NCBI GenBank assembly: GCA_965249715.1
Contig: CBDFMP010000048.1
Location: forward strand, 69,713-133,712
DNA: 64,000 nucleotides
DNA from: Spirochaetota bacterium
Lineage (GTDB): Bacteria; Spirochaetota; UBA12135; COTS27
Direction: 5' to 3'
The notes below the pieces were generated by a model. The model did no database searches. It was given only the letters and a program-made list of their open reading frames with translations, and was not told the DNA's origin. Positions 1-10,192 of this stretch are shown here, piece after piece. How positions within the stretch are numbered: position 1 is the stretch's first letter; every line of letters begins with the position of its first letter. Made by a program: the position numbers and the translations under genes.

Positions 1-65
1 TGTAAAGAAAATGGCTGCCTTGGAAGGTGGCTTCTTTGATTTGGGCGCGGATGGCACTTCTATTA
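1..65 (-). repeat. Second copy of a 65-bp piece of the fbpC-like gene 3' region (matches 378-442); the window starts inside it
   Basis: By-eye alignment of 1-65 with 378-442 shows 64/65 identical. The reverse strand reads ..SAIRAQIKEATFQGSHFLY versus ..SAIRAKIKEATFQGSHFLY in the gene. Confidence 0.85.
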
Positions 66-255
66 AAGAGCGTATCGTCCATGGTCACAGCCATAAGGCT
101 CTTACGAAAGACCCCAATATGCAGGGAACGGCTAAATATATAGCTTTGGAGACATTGAGCAGGTCGCGGCGATAGTAAGTGACCGCGCTGACAATGCCTA
201 TGCCTAGGACAATCAACGTAAAAGTGCTGGTAAAAGAAAAATCCATCGTTATGAT

Positions 256-1413
256 TCAGGATGCAAATGCAACAATGTGTTGAAAGGAAAAAACAATGCC
301 CACTTCTTCATTGAGGTTATAACGATAAGTTGCGGGCATGAGCGAAAGCAGTTTTGTGCCTGAATGTAGCTCTAAGCTGTAAAGAAAATGGCTGCCTTGG
401 AAGGTGGCTTCTTTGATTTTGGCGCGGATGGCACTTCTATTATCCAGCCGTACGTCGTCGGGACGGACAAGGACTTTGACATTAAGCGACTGACGGCGGT
501 AGGGGTTTACTAGCGGAGCAGGTGCTGTGTCTGGCGGAGTCACAAGTTGAAATTTCTTGATGCGACCAAATTCACTGTTTAACGTACCTTCTTCAATGAT
601 GCCGTTCACCAGGACTCCCTTGCCAATAAAATCTGCAATGAAACGTGACCGCGGCTGGTAATAAATTTCATAAGGTGTGCCCACCTGTTCCAAGCCGTGT
701 GCGTGAATAACGCCGATCTTATCCGAGAGTGCAAAAGCTTCATTTTGGTCATGAGTGACAAGGAGGGCGGTCAGTTTTTCCTCTTTGATCAGCGCGCGCA
801 GGGTCACTTGCAATTTCTGCTTGAGCTCAATGTCTTGACTGGCTAGCGGTTCGTCCAGCAATAAAAGTGCAGGCTGCGGTGCCAGTGCGCGTGCGAGTGC
901 TGTACGCTGCTGCTCACCGCCGGAGATGGTATGCGGGTATTGGTTCACAACGTGTTCCAGTTTGAGGGCGGTGATGAGGGCATCCATGCGGCGATGCTGG
1001 TCTTTGCGTGACCCGTGTTTCATGGAAAGCAGGATATTGGCTTTGACGCTGAGGTGCGGGAAGAGTGCCAGATCCTGAAAGACCATATTGATATTGCGAT
1101 CGGCGGGCGGCACCAGCATTTGCGGACTGCTGATGACTTTGCCATTTAAATAAAGTTTGCCTGCAACGGGGGTTTCAAAACCGGCGATTGCTTTGAGCAA
1201 TGTTGTTTTTCCGCAACCGGAGGGCCCCAGCAGGCAGAAAATTTCTTCACGTTTGACACGCAACTCAATATTCGTAAGTACAGGCAGCTTGCCGTGAGCA
1301 AGCGACATGCCTGCAATATGTAAAAATGGTTTATCCTCCCGTGCCGCTGGGTGTGTAAGAATATGTTGCTGCGGCAGCTGGTTCGTGATAGGAGGAGGGA
1401 AGTCTTTTGTCAT
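256..1413 (-). CDS. fbpC: ABC importer ATP-binding protein, Fe(3+)-type (FbpC/PotA-like) with a C-terminal TOBE-like domain
   Basis: 385-aa ORF with Walker A GPSGCGKTT, ABC signature LSGGEQQRTALARAL and Walker B LLLLDEP. It lies downstream of the permease and Fe(3+)-type binding-protein genes. Confidence 0.85.
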   Translation of the reverse strand: MTKDFPPPITNQLPQQHILTHPAAREDKPFLHIAGMSLAHGKLPVLTNIELRVKREEIFCLLGPSGCGKTTLLKAIAGFETPVAGKLYLNGKVISSPQMLVPPADRNINMVFQDLALFPHLSVKANILLSMKHGSRKDQHRRMDALITALKLEHVVNQYPHTISGGEQQRTALARALAPQPALLLLDEPLASQDIELKQKLQVTLRALIKEEKLTALLVTHDQNEAFALSDKIGVIHAHGLEQVGTPYEIYYQPRSRFIADFIGKGVLVNGIIEEGTLNSEFGRIKKFQLVTPPDTAPAPLVNPYRRQSLNVKVLVRPDDVRLDNRSAIRAKIKEATFQGSHFLYSLELHSGTKLLSLMPATYRYNLNEEVGIVFSFQHIVAFAS

Positions 1414-1436
1414 GGTTGTGAAGGTTTGTGTCCTAC

Positions 1437-3185
1437 CTACTTGTGTACAGGTTGTGCAAAGCTGCGTGTGACAAGAAGAATAGGGATGAGGCAGGCGAGG
1501 ACCATGAGCAAACAGGCTGCCGCAGCTTCTTCTATCAGCTCATCGGAAGCAAAGGCGTAAATATGTGTGGCGAGTGTTTCAAAGTCAAACGGGCGCAAGA
1601 TGATGGTGGATGAAAGTTCTTTCAGGGAGTCAATGAAAACGATGAGGAAACTGGTGAGGATGCTTTTTTTTAAGATAGGCAAATGAATACGCGTGATGAG
1701 CTGGCTATCGCTGTACCCTAAGAGGCGTGCTGAATAATCAATATTGATCGGGATTTTTTTGAGACTGGAGCGCATGGCGCCCAGCGCAATACTGGTGAAG
1801 CGCACAACGTAGGCGAAAACAATGGCACTGCCTGTGCCAATAAGCAATAACCCGCTGCGAATGCCAAAAAGTGTTTCGCTTTGCAGGTCCAGCCAGTTGT
1901 CAAAGGCACCGAAGGGGATCATGATGCCAATGGCAAGAATGGTGCCGGGAATAGCGTAACCCATGTTGATCAGTTGTGTGAGGCCGCGGGCAAACAAGTG
2001 TTTGCGGCTGCGCTCAAAGTAGGCTACGGAGATGCCAATCAGGATGCTGATGGCGGCAGCCCCTAGTGCCAGCATTAGACTATTGGCGGTGGTGCGGAAG
2101 AAGTTATGCTCAATAAATGAAGGAACATTGCGAATACTGTAAAAGACCAGTACGGCTACCGGGACGATGAAACCGAAGATGATAGGTGCCCAGCAGTAGC
2201 AGGTGAAGAGCCAGCGGACTGCTGGTCGGGGCGTCTTGAGCGGAGGTGCATAAGAGGCGCCTTCACGTTGGTATTGTTCCTGCGCCGCGCGGCTAAATTG
2301 TTCAAGGAAGATCAGCGAGCAAACAACCATGATGGTGAAACTGGCTAGCCGCACTGCAGAGCCTAGGTCATTGAGATTGAGCCAGAGGTTATAAACGCCT
2401 AAGGAGACGGTATTGACTGCCAGATGTTGCACGCTGCCAAAGTCATTGAGTGTTTCCAGAATCACCAGGATCACTCCAACGGCAAGCGCAGGACGTGCCA
2501 TTGGCAGTGAAAGTTTGAAAAAGCCGCGCAGTCCGCCAATTCCCATCAGTGCCTGGGCACGGGCCAATGAGGCAGAATGCTCGTAAAAGGCTTTGCGCGC
2601 AAACAGATAGACGTACGGGTAAAGTGAGAGTGCCATGATCACACCCGCGCCGCCCAGACTGCGAACAGCAGGAAAATAATAATCATCGGGATTGTCCGTG
2701 CCTATGAGCTCACGGATAAAAATCTGAAGCGGCCCGCTGTAATCCAAAAACTCAGCGTAAATATACGCAGCAATGTAAGTGGGAATGGCAAAGGGAAGTG
2801 CCAGTGCCCAATTTAACCAGCGGCGTGTTGGAAATTGGTAATGACTGACAATCCAGGCATTGGTGACGCCCAGGATGAAAGCATAACTGGCGGTGAGACA
2901 GACCAGTGCGAATGAATTCCAAATATAGCTGGGGAGGGTGGTGTTCAGCAAATGCTGCCAGATGTTTTTTATGCCTGTTGCCGTGTAAACCTTTGCCGGT
3001 TCAGCAAAGGTAAACCATGCCAGCGCGATAATGGGCAGCAGAAAACAGGCTGCGATAGCACTCAGCCAAAGTGTTTGTACAAAGTTTGTTCGTGAGGACC
3101 TGACGCGGCTGATGCTGCGGCGGATAGTGTTGCTGGCGTGGCGGATAAAGCGATAGTTAAGCCGGATAAATGGCAGTTTGCACAT
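1437..3185 (-). CDS. fbpB: Iron(III)-type ABC transporter permease with a duplicated membrane domain
   Basis: Polytopic ORF of ~580 aa lying between the binding-protein and ATPase genes. ATG at 3185, with an alternative GTG at 3221. Confidence 0.8.
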   Translation of the reverse strand: MCKLPFIRLNYRFIRHASNTIRRSISRVRSSRTNFVQTLWLSAIAACFLLPIIALAWFTFAEPAKVYTATGIKNIWQHLLNTTLPSYIWNSFALVCLTASYAFILGVTNAWIVSHYQFPTRRWLNWALALPFAIPTYIAAYIYAEFLDYSGPLQIFIRELIGTDNPDDYYFPAVRSLGGAGVIMALSLYPYVYLFARKAFYEHSASLARAQALMGIGGLRGFFKLSLPMARPALAVGVILVILETLNDFGSVQHLAVNTVSLGVYNLWLNLNDLGSAVRLASFTIMVVCSLIFLEQFSRAAQEQYQREGASYAPPLKTPRPAVRWLFTCYCWAPIIFGFIVPVAVLVFYSIRNVPSFIEHNFFRTTANSLMLALGAAAISILIGISVAYFERSRKHLFARGLTQLINMGYAIPGTILAIGIMIPFGAFDNWLDLQSETLFGIRSGLLLIGTGSAIVFAYVVRFTSIALGAMRSSLKKIPINIDYSARLLGYSDSQLITRIHLPILKKSILTSFLIVFIDSLKELSSTIILRPFDFETLATHIYAFASDELIEEAAAACLLMVLACLIPILLVTRSFAQPVHK

Positions 3186-3370
3186 GGTGAGATCAAAGCT
3201 GGTTTGAGCTTGTCCGGGCACACTTACAACACTCAGGACAATAACAGGCCTGGAAGTGATTGTTAGGGCATGAGTGTTGTTATGGCTGCTACAGCTTCCA
3301 CTGGGATTATATCATGATTGTACATAAAAGTACATGCAGTCAATGCAGCTTATTGGCAATACTGATGTGA

Positions 3371-4447
3371 TTATTGATCAAACTTGACTTTGTCCAGCAG
3401 CAGGATGGCTTTGTCGTAGTTTGCCATGAGCTCTTGTAATGGAAGTGCGTCTTCCTTAAAGTCAATACTGAGCTCCTTGACCTTCGCGGGCTTTGTTATC
3501 GCACTATTGACAGGGAATTCAAAATTAACTTCGCTGTAAATAAATTGTGCATTGGGACTACTGAGGTATTCTAAAAATTTAAGCGCAGCTTTTTTATGCG
3601 GTGCATATTTGGTGAGCGCGGCACCGGAAATATTCATATGTGTCCCGCGAGTTGCTTGATTGGGAAAAATGAGACGCACAGCGCGCGCCCAGCTTTTTTG
3701 CTTGGGATTTTCTTCGTTAAGCAGCATTTTTCCGTAATAATAGCTGTTGCCTAGGCTTAAATCGCAGAGATTTTCTTTAATGGCTTTAACTTGCGTACGA
3801 TCGTTGCCCTGCGGCCTACGTGCCAGGTTGTTTTTTAGCCCGCGTAACCAAGCTTCGGTTTTGGCTGCACCGTGGTGAGCGACCAGCGAAGAAATAAGCG
3901 CAATGCTGTACTCATGATAGCCCGAGCGTGTGCAAATACGTCCTTTCCACTTTGGATCCGCTAAAGCTTCATAAGTAAGGGCCTCGTCAGCGGCTACACG
4001 CGTTTTGGACGCGTAAATAATACGTGCGCGTGTGGTGAGACCTATCCAACTTCCATCTGCCGCGCGATATTGGGCGGGAATATTGCTGTTAATGGTGCTT
4101 GAACGGATGTGTCCCAGTACGCCTGCTTCCTGAAGATACTTAAATCTCCCTACGTCCACTGTTAGAACAACATCTGCAGGAGAATTGCGGCCTTCACTTT
4201 TAAGACGCTCTAAGAGTCCCGACTTTAGGAAAACAACGCGTGTTTGAATGCCTGTTCTTTGCGTAAAATCGTCTAAGAGCGGGCGTAATAGAAATTTTTG
4301 ACGATAGGAATAAATATTAACAGTTTGTTTCTTGCCCTGAGCATAGGCAGGCGGGCTGGCAATCATTAAGCTGACACATAATAATAGCAGCCAGCAACGA
4401 TTGCTGAACAATATTTTGTATAGGGTAACTTGTGTTTGTTTATTCAT
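3371..4447 (-). CDS. fbpA: Periplasmic Fe(3+) ABC transporter substrate-binding protein
   Basis: Signal peptide ..LLLLCVSLMIASPPAYAQ. FbpA/AfuA-like strings VNIYSYRQ..LLDDFTQRTGI..SPADVVLTVD. ATG at 4447; the track ORF starts at TTG 4459. Confidence 0.8.
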   Translation of the reverse strand: MNKQTQVTLYKILFSNRCWLLLLCVSLMIASPPAYAQGKKQTVNIYSYRQKFLLRPLLDDFTQRTGIQTRVVFLKSGLLERLKSEGRNSPADVVLTVDVGRFKYLQEAGVLGHIRSSTINSNIPAQYRAADGSWIGLTTRARIIYASKTRVAADEALTYEALADPKWKGRICTRSGYHEYSIALISSLVAHHGAAKTEAWLRGLKNNLARRPQGNDRTQVKAIKENLCDLSLGNSYYYGKMLLNEENPKQKSWARAVRLIFPNQATRGTHMNISGAALTKYAPHKKAALKFLEYLSSPNAQFIYSEVNFEFPVNSAITKPAKVKELSIDFKEDALPLQELMANYDKAILLLDKVKFDQ

Positions 4448-4508
4448 AGCTTCTTTCAAAACTAAGCTTGTTTTGTTTGTTGTGTTAAAATAGGATAAAA
4501 AAAGCTTA

Positions 4509-4967
4509 TCAATAACGTGTCTCGCTTTCTGCCACTGCCTGATGTTTCAGTGCAGCCATGGCGGTATGCCATGGCAATAGTACACATTTGGTGCGTGCAG
4601 GATAGGCTTTCACACCTTCAAAAACTATCAGCTTATGCAGGGTTGCCTTGAGTGCCTGCGTGTCACTCTCACCCAGTACTAATTGACGAAAAGCCTGAAA
4701 AAGTTCTTTGATTTCAGTGGGAGTTTTGCCTTTAAGCATTGCGGTCATGAGTGATGCTGAGGCTTTTGCCAGCGCGCAGCAGCTGCCTTTGAAGGCAATT
4801 TCGCGGAGCTGTTCAGTGTTTGTTGTGAGCGCCATTTGCAGCCAGATATGATCGCCGCAGAGGGGGTTATAACCTTCGCTGGCATGGGTGTGCTGTGGTA
4901 ACGTTCCGTAATTTTGCGGATGTTTATTGTGGTCTAAGATAACCTGTTGATAGAGGTTATGCTCCAT
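4509..4967 (-). CDS. sufU: SufU/NifU-N-type Fe-S cluster scaffold or sulfur-transfer protein
   Basis: 152 aa from ATG 4967, preceded by AAGGAGG (4974-4980). Strings LYQQVILDHNKHPQNYG, NPLCGD and GSCCALAKAS. Sits directly after sufS. Confidence 0.85.
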   Translation of the reverse strand: MEHNLYQQVILDHNKHPQNYGTLPQHTHASEGYNPLCGDHIWLQMALTTNTEQLREIAFKGSCCALAKASASLMTAMLKGKTPTEIKELFQAFRQLVLGESDTQALKATLHKLIVFEGVKAYPARTKCVLLPWHTAMAALKHQAVAESETRY

Positions 4968-4981
4968 GGGGATCCTCCTTG

Positions 4982-6265
4982 TTAGGTGTTTAGCTTGGCG
5001 ACAACTTTTTTTAAGCCTGTTATCAGCGTATCCACATCGTCGCGTGTGTTGTAAATGCAGAACGAGGCGCGTAATGCTGCGTCGACACCGTATTTGTTGA
5101 TAATAGGCTGTGCACAATGGTGACCGCTGCGCACGGCGATGCCTTCTTCATCCAACAGCGTTCCTACGTCGTGCGGATGAAGCTCATTGATGTTAAAGGT
5201 GAAGACCGGCACGCGTGCGGCGGCATTGCCAATCATGTTCAGAAAAGGAAGCTGGCGTAAGCGCTCAGTGGCATAATCAAGCAAGTTTTGTTCCAGCGTC
5301 TGAAAAGTCCGTGTACCGATGGCTGTCAGCAAATCTAAGGCAGCCCCCAAGGCGATGACCCCGGCAATATTGCCGGTGCCCACCTCAAATTTTTGCGGCG
5401 CGCCTTGGAAGATCGTTTTTTCAAAACTCACGCTAAGGATGCCATTACCGCCGCGGCGATAGGGCGGCATTTTATCAAGCAGTTCCCTTTTGCCGTAAAG
5501 CACGCCAACGCCTGTGGGACCAAACATCTTATTAGAACTGAACGCAATGAAATCCACATCCAGCTTTTGTACGTCAATGCCTCCATGAACCATCGTCTGT
5601 GCACAATCTAATGCCACCACTGAGTCATTCTGATGCGCCAGCTTAATGATAGTTTCAATGGGATTAATGGTTCCCAACGTATTGGAGATATGCGCGAGAC
5701 TTACAATTTTTACTTCCGGTGAAAGCAGTTCCTTGTAATGCTGCAAATCCAATTCACCGCGTTCAGTGACGCGGACAACTTTAATAACAAGCTCCTGTTC
5801 CTCTGCCAACTTCTGCCATGGCAGGATATTGGCATGATGCTCCATTTCGGAGAGGATAATTTCATCGCCAGGCGAGAGCACGGTTTTACCGTACGATTCA
5901 GCAATCAGATTAAATGAATCGGTGGTGCCGTAAGTCAGGACAATTTCTTCAAGATGTACAGCATTGATGAAGTGTTTGAGTTTGCTGCGTGTTTGCTCAA
6001 AGAGCTCAGTTGCCAGTTGCGATGTGGTATAAACTCCGCGGTGTGTATTGACCCCTAACTTGCTGTAATAATAGTGGCTTGCAGTAATGACGGGAGTGGG
6101 TTTGAGCGTTGCCGCTGCGCTGTCCAGGTAGGTATAACGCTTACCGTGAATTTGCTGAGCAAGGGCTGGAAAAAGCGCTTTAATGTTGCCTGTTTGAATG
6201 TGCTTCAAGACTTCATCGGTGATGAAAGGTGGGGTTGTGGCTGAGGCGATTTTTGTTGATTCCAT
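4982..6265 (-). CDS. sufS: Cysteine desulfurase, SufS type (PLP-dependent, class V)
   Basis: 427 aa. PLP-lysine region SSNKMFGPTGVGVLYG and active-site loop RSGHHCAQP. Located in the suf operon. Confidence 0.9.
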   Translation of the reverse strand: MESTKIASATTPPFITDEVLKHIQTGNIKALFPALAQQIHGKRYTYLDSAAATLKPTPVITASHYYYSKLGVNTHRGVYTTSQLATELFEQTRSKLKHFINAVHLEEIVLTYGTTDSFNLIAESYGKTVLSPGDEIILSEMEHHANILPWQKLAEEQELVIKVVRVTERGELDLQHYKELLSPEVKIVSLAHISNTLGTINPIETIIKLAHQNDSVVALDCAQTMVHGGIDVQKLDVDFIAFSSNKMFGPTGVGVLYGKRELLDKMPPYRRGGNGILSVSFEKTIFQGAPQKFEVGTGNIAGVIALGAALDLLTAIGTRTFQTLEQNLLDYATERLRQLPFLNMIGNAAARVPVFTFNINELHPHDVGTLLDEEGIAVRSGHHCAQPIINKYGVDAALRASFCIYNTRDDVDTLITGLKKVVAKLNT

Positions 6266-6422
6266 GGTGGCTGATTGAAAAATAATTGAACAAGTCTCTT
6301 AATGACTTAGGGTTAGGTTAAGGGGGTTAATCGTTTGTAACGAGGTTGTTTATCCATTTACGATCAAGAAGCCGCTTTGTTGTGCTGGGGGTCAGCAGCA
6401 GCAGCAGGCTTCTTTAGGTCAG

Positions 6423-7799
6423 TTATGTTGCAAGCTGAGTGGGAAAGACGCGTGCTGAGAGCCGCTGTACGTATGCTGCTGCGTCTGCTGTTGAACCAAG
6501 TGCTGCTGCCAGTGCTATAAAAAAAGCTTTTGCGAACGCGGTGCTCAGTATGGTTTGTGCCGCTTGCGGTGAAATGCCGCGACTTGTCAGATAAAAAATT
6601 TCTTCAGGAGCTAATTGACCAATTGTGGCGCCGTGTCCGCATTTAACATCGTCAGCAAAGATCTCCAGTTGCGGGCGTGTGTGCATGACGGCTTTCTCGC
6701 CAAGCAGCAAGGTTTTACAGAGCTGCTCAGCATGAGTTTGCTGAGCGTCGCGATAAACAACAACATTGCCAGTGAAAGCTCCCCGGGCATGTTCAGCAAG
6801 GATGAACCTATAATGCTGGCTGCTGGTGGTTTGCGGACTTTTATGATGCAGTGAAATAATATTATTAAAATGCTGGCGGTCATGAGCTAATGCCAATCCA
6901 TGAACGTCAACATGAGCACCACTAGCTTGAAGCTCCAAACATTTTTCCAGCAGGGTCGCCTGTCCGCCTTGCTGCATGGAAAATGCAGTGTACGCACTAT
7001 TGGCTGCTAAGCTGCCGTGCAGCATATGGGTATGATTGACGTTTGTGCCTTCACAGAGCTCCTGAATGTGCAGACATTGTGCACCAGCAGCCAATGAGAG
7101 GTTGAAGTAGCTGTTTTGTAATAAGGCATAGGTGGGAGCATGAATTTCAATGAGCCTCAGCGCGGCATTTGTTTCCAGATGCAGGTGAATGCGCGGGAAA
7201 ATGAGTTTATCCTGCGCGCCTTTATCGTCAAGACTGAGTAAGATCAGTGGTGCAGCAAGCTTGTTTGCTTGCGGGATGCGAATAAAAACTTCCTGAGTTT
7301 CATGGAAACTGCCTTCTTTGACGGCGGCAAGTGCAGCGTTCAATTCCAGCATTAAGTTGGGCGCCGCAGCAGTGGCGGGTGTTTGCGAAAAGTTTGTTAA
7401 TGAATGTGTGAAATATTTGGCAATAAGCTCAGGATTTGTTTCAAGGATGAGCTGTTTGCTGCCAAGCCCCTGACAATGTTCGGGAACAAGCGTTCCGTTG
7501 ACAAATGTTAAAACAATGGCTGTAGCGGGTTCTGTGTTAAAACCAGTCACCCACTCAGCAACGCGCGCACGGATAGCGGCGTGGGCACTGCTGGCATTAT
7601 TAGCGGCTGGCGCAATGAGCTCGCTTGCCTGTTTTTTTTCAATTTTATTAAGAAAACTAAAATTGCTATTCTTCCAATATTCGTCTTTCTCCAGGTTCAG
7701 ATTATGCAGCGCGTGTTGAAAGCGCGCAAAAGCCTGATTGCCGTAATGGAGGCGTTGCTGAGCGATGTCTTTACTGAGGGGACGTGTGGCGGTGGTCAT
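6423..7799 (-). CDS. sufD: Fe-S cluster assembly protein SufD
   Basis: 458 aa between sufC and sufS. SufB/D-type C-terminal region ..DVKCGHGATIGQL..EEIFYLTSRGI. Confidence 0.85.
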   Translation of the reverse strand: MTTATRPLSKDIAQQRLHYGNQAFARFQHALHNLNLEKDEYWKNSNFSFLNKIEKKQASELIAPAANNASSAHAAIRARVAEWVTGFNTEPATAIVLTFVNGTLVPEHCQGLGSKQLILETNPELIAKYFTHSLTNFSQTPATAAAPNLMLELNAALAAVKEGSFHETQEVFIRIPQANKLAAPLILLSLDDKGAQDKLIFPRIHLHLETNAALRLIEIHAPTYALLQNSYFNLSLAAGAQCLHIQELCEGTNVNHTHMLHGSLAANSAYTAFSMQQGGQATLLEKCLELQASGAHVDVHGLALAHDRQHFNNIISLHHKSPQTTSSQHYRFILAEHARGAFTGNVVVYRDAQQTHAEQLCKTLLLGEKAVMHTRPQLEIFADDVKCGHGATIGQLAPEEIFYLTSRGISPQAAQTILSTAFAKAFFIALAAALGSTADAAAYVQRLSARVFPTQLAT

Positions 7800-7880
7800 G
7801 ATGATAACGGGTGCTGCTTGGCTGGAGTGATGGGATGGGCACTTACTTAGGCTCTTTTAGGATTAGGCTCTTTTAGGATC

Positions 7881-8633
7881 TTAGGCTGATATCAATTCGT
7901 ACCCATTTGCTTCAATGTCCATAGCCAGCTTAATGTTGCCAGTTTTGACAAGCTTGCCTGCTTTAAGGATATGAACGTAATCGGGATGGACATGCTCTAA
8001 AATGCGATGATAATGCGTGATGAGAACAAGCGCATTATTTGGGCTGCGCAGCTTTTCAATACCTGCTGCAACAATTTTAAGAGCGTCGATATCCAGACCA
8101 GAATCGGTTTCATCCAGAAAAACTATTCGCGGATTGAGCATTGCCAGCTGGATAATTTCATTTTGTTTTTTTTCACCACCGGAGAAGTCAACATTGAGCT
8201 CCCGTTCCAGTAGTGCCGGGTTGATGCCCAGGTGTTTTATTTTTTCTTGTAAAATAGTTTCAAATTCAAAGGCGTCCAATGGTTCACTGCCATGGTGTTT
8301 GCTGAGCTCGTTGAAAGCGGCACGCAGGAATTCTTTATTGGCAAGCCCGGCAATTTCTAAGGGGTATTGGAAGCTTATAAAAATGCCTTCACGGGCGCGC
8401 TCTTGTGGTTCTAACTTGAGCAGATCACGTGTTTTGAGATTGATCTCATACTCAATGCTGCCAGCTGTGACCTTGTAAAGCGGATGACCGGCAATGACCT
8501 TTGATAAGCTGCTTTTGCCAGCACCATTAGGCCCCATAATGGCATGAACCTCGCCTGCTTTTACATTGAGGTTGATGCCGTTTAAAACTGCTTTGTCTCC
8601 CACAGTGACGTGAAGATTTTTTATAGTTAACAT
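7881..8633 (-). CDS. sufC: Fe-S cluster assembly ATPase SufC
   Basis: 250 aa. Walker A GPNGAGKSS, signature FSGGEKKQNEI and Walker B VFLDETDSGLD. Confidence 0.92.
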   Translation of the reverse strand: MLTIKNLHVTVGDKAVLNGINLNVKAGEVHAIMGPNGAGKSSLSKVIAGHPLYKVTAGSIEYEINLKTRDLLKLEPQERAREGIFISFQYPLEIAGLANKEFLRAAFNELSKHHGSEPLDAFEFETILQEKIKHLGINPALLERELNVDFSGGEKKQNEIIQLAMLNPRIVFLDETDSGLDIDALKIVAAGIEKLRSPNNALVLITHYHRILEHVHPDYVHILKAGKLVKTGNIKLAMDIEANGYELISA

Positions 8634-8680
8634 TGTTTAAGCTCGGTATTCATAAAAGGTTATGTGGTTTGGCATTGGAG

Positions 8681-10177
8681 TTAGCCAACGCTGTTTTCTA
8701 ACTTCATTTCCAACAGGCGTATGGCTTCCACTGAAAACTCTAAGGGCAGTTTATTGAAGACGGATTTACAAAAGCCATTGATGAGCAAGGAAATAGCCAG
8801 CTCTTTGGAAATGCCGCGTGTTTGCAGGTAAAACAGTTGTTCATCGGAGATGCGCGAGGTGGTGGCTTCATGTTCGACAGTGGATGAATTGTTTTTGACT
8901 TCGATGAGCGGGAACGTATGCGCCGCGCACTTATCATAAACAAGCAGCGAATCGCACTGGGTGAAATTTTTAGCGTGTATGGCATTGGGACCAATTTTGA
9001 CCAACCCGCGATACACGTTTTGACTGGCATCGGCAGATATACCTTTAGCGATGATTTTCGAACGCGTGTATTTACCGACGTGAATCATTTTAGTGCCGGT
9101 ATCGGCTTGCATTTTTTTATTGGTGAGAGCGACAGAATAAAATTCACCGATGCTGTGATCGCCTTTGAGGATAACGGATGGATATTTCCAAGTGATGGCG
9201 GAGCCCGCTTCCACTTGCGTCCATGAAATTTTAGAATGGGCACCCTTGCAAATGCCGCGTTTGGTCACAAAGTTGTAAATGCCGCCCTTGCCTTCGTTGT
9301 CACCGCTGTACCAGTTTTGCACAGTAGAGTAATTGATGGTGGCGCCTTCCAGTGCCACCAATTCTACTACTGCAGCATGGAGTTGATTGGTGTCGCGGAT
9401 AGGCGCCGTGCAGCCCTCTAAGTAGTTTACAAAACTACCCTCGTCAGCAATAAGCAAGGTGCGTTCAAATTGCCCGGTTTCCATGGCATTAATGCGGAAG
9501 TACGTCGAGAGGTCCAATGGACATTTGAGGCCCTTAGGAATGTAGCAGAACGAGCCGTCTGAAAATACGGCTGAATTCAATGCAGCGTAAAAATTATCGG
9601 TATGCGGGACGACGGTACCAAGATACTTTTTAATGAGCATGGGATGTTTTTCCAATGCTTCTGAAAACGAGCAAAAAATAATGCCCAGCTCTTCCAGTTT
9701 TTCCTGATGTGTGGTGCCAAGTGAAACAGAATCGAAGACGGCATCGACAGCCACGCCTGACAGCCGTTTTTGTTCGGAAAGTGGGATGCCAAGCCGTTCA
9801 AAGGTTTTAAGAATTTCTTCATCGACCTCTTCCAAACTTTGTTTCTTGCTGCCGCTACCAATGGATTTAGGTGCTGAATAGTAGGAAATATTCTGAAAAT
9901 TAATGGCGGGATAAGTGATGCTTGCCCAACTGGGCTCCTGCATATGTTTCCAGGCTTGATAAGCCTTCAAGCGGAAAGCCAAGACAAATTCAGGCTCGTT
10001 TTTCTTGGCTGAAAGTTTTTTGATAATATGTTCGTTCAGCCCTTTTTCAAAGGTCTCAGTAGCGACAGACGTGCTGAACCCGGCCTGATATTCTTTGGCA
10101 AGGATCTCACTAGCGGCTTGTTTGTCTTTGGGCAATGTGGCTTGCGAAGTGTCTGTGTGCGGTGATTTTAGTTCCAT
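8681..10177 (-). CDS. sufB: Fe-S cluster assembly scaffold SufB
   Basis: 498 aa. Conserved SufB strings [11 protein letters not shown] and [21 protein letters not shown]. Confidence 0.92.
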   Translation of the reverse strand: MELKSPHTDTSQATLPKDKQAASEILAKEYQAGFSTSVATETFEKGLNEHIIKKLSAKKNEPEFVLAFRLKAYQAWKHMQEPSWASITYPAINFQNISYYSAPKSIGSGSKKQSLEEVDEEILKTFERLGIPLSEQKRLSGVAVDAVFDSVSLGTTHQEKLEELGIIFCSFSEALEKHPMLIKKYLGTVVPHTDNFYAALNSAVFSDGSFCYIPKGLKCPLDLSTYFRINAMETGQFERTLLIADEGSFVNYLEGCTAPIRDTNQLHAAVVELVALEGATINYSTVQNWYSGDNEGKGGIYNFVTKRGICKGAHSKISWTQVEAGSAITWKYPSVILKGDHSIGEFYSVALTNKKMQADTGTKMIHVGKYTRSKIIAKGISADASQNVYRGLVKIGPNAIHAKNFTQCDSLLVYDKCAAHTFPLIEVKNNSSTVEHEATTSRISDEQLFYLQTRGISKELAISLLINGFCKSVFNKLPLEFSVEAIRLLEMKLENSVG

Positions 10178-10192
10178 GGGAGGTTTTATCAG

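Noticed and set aside
85-246. 53-codon hydrophobic ORF between the fbpC stop and the duplicated fragment
   Set aside because: It is below the track threshold, has no obvious SD, and sits in sequence that may be repeat-derived. It is noted under the fbpC duplication finding but not called as a gene.
4968-5117. N-terminal 50-aa extension of the sufU ORF (track ORF 4509..5117)
   Set aside because: The extension overlaps the 3' end of sufS and is Arg/Cys-rich nonsense-like sequence. ATG 4967 has a perfect AAGGAGG 6 nt upstream and begins the conserved SufU sequence.
8017-8478. 153-aa ORF antisense to sufC, and similar long antisense or shadow ORFs (e.g. 26270-26869 in purF, 28915-29613 in carB, 38364-39036 in dnaJ, 43995-44702 in copA, 54163-54672 in sdhA)
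   Set aside because: They lie entirely inside strongly conserved genes on the opposite strand or another frame. Their composition is low-complexity (Ser/Arg/Ala-rich) and they have no motifs. These are typical shadow ORFs.
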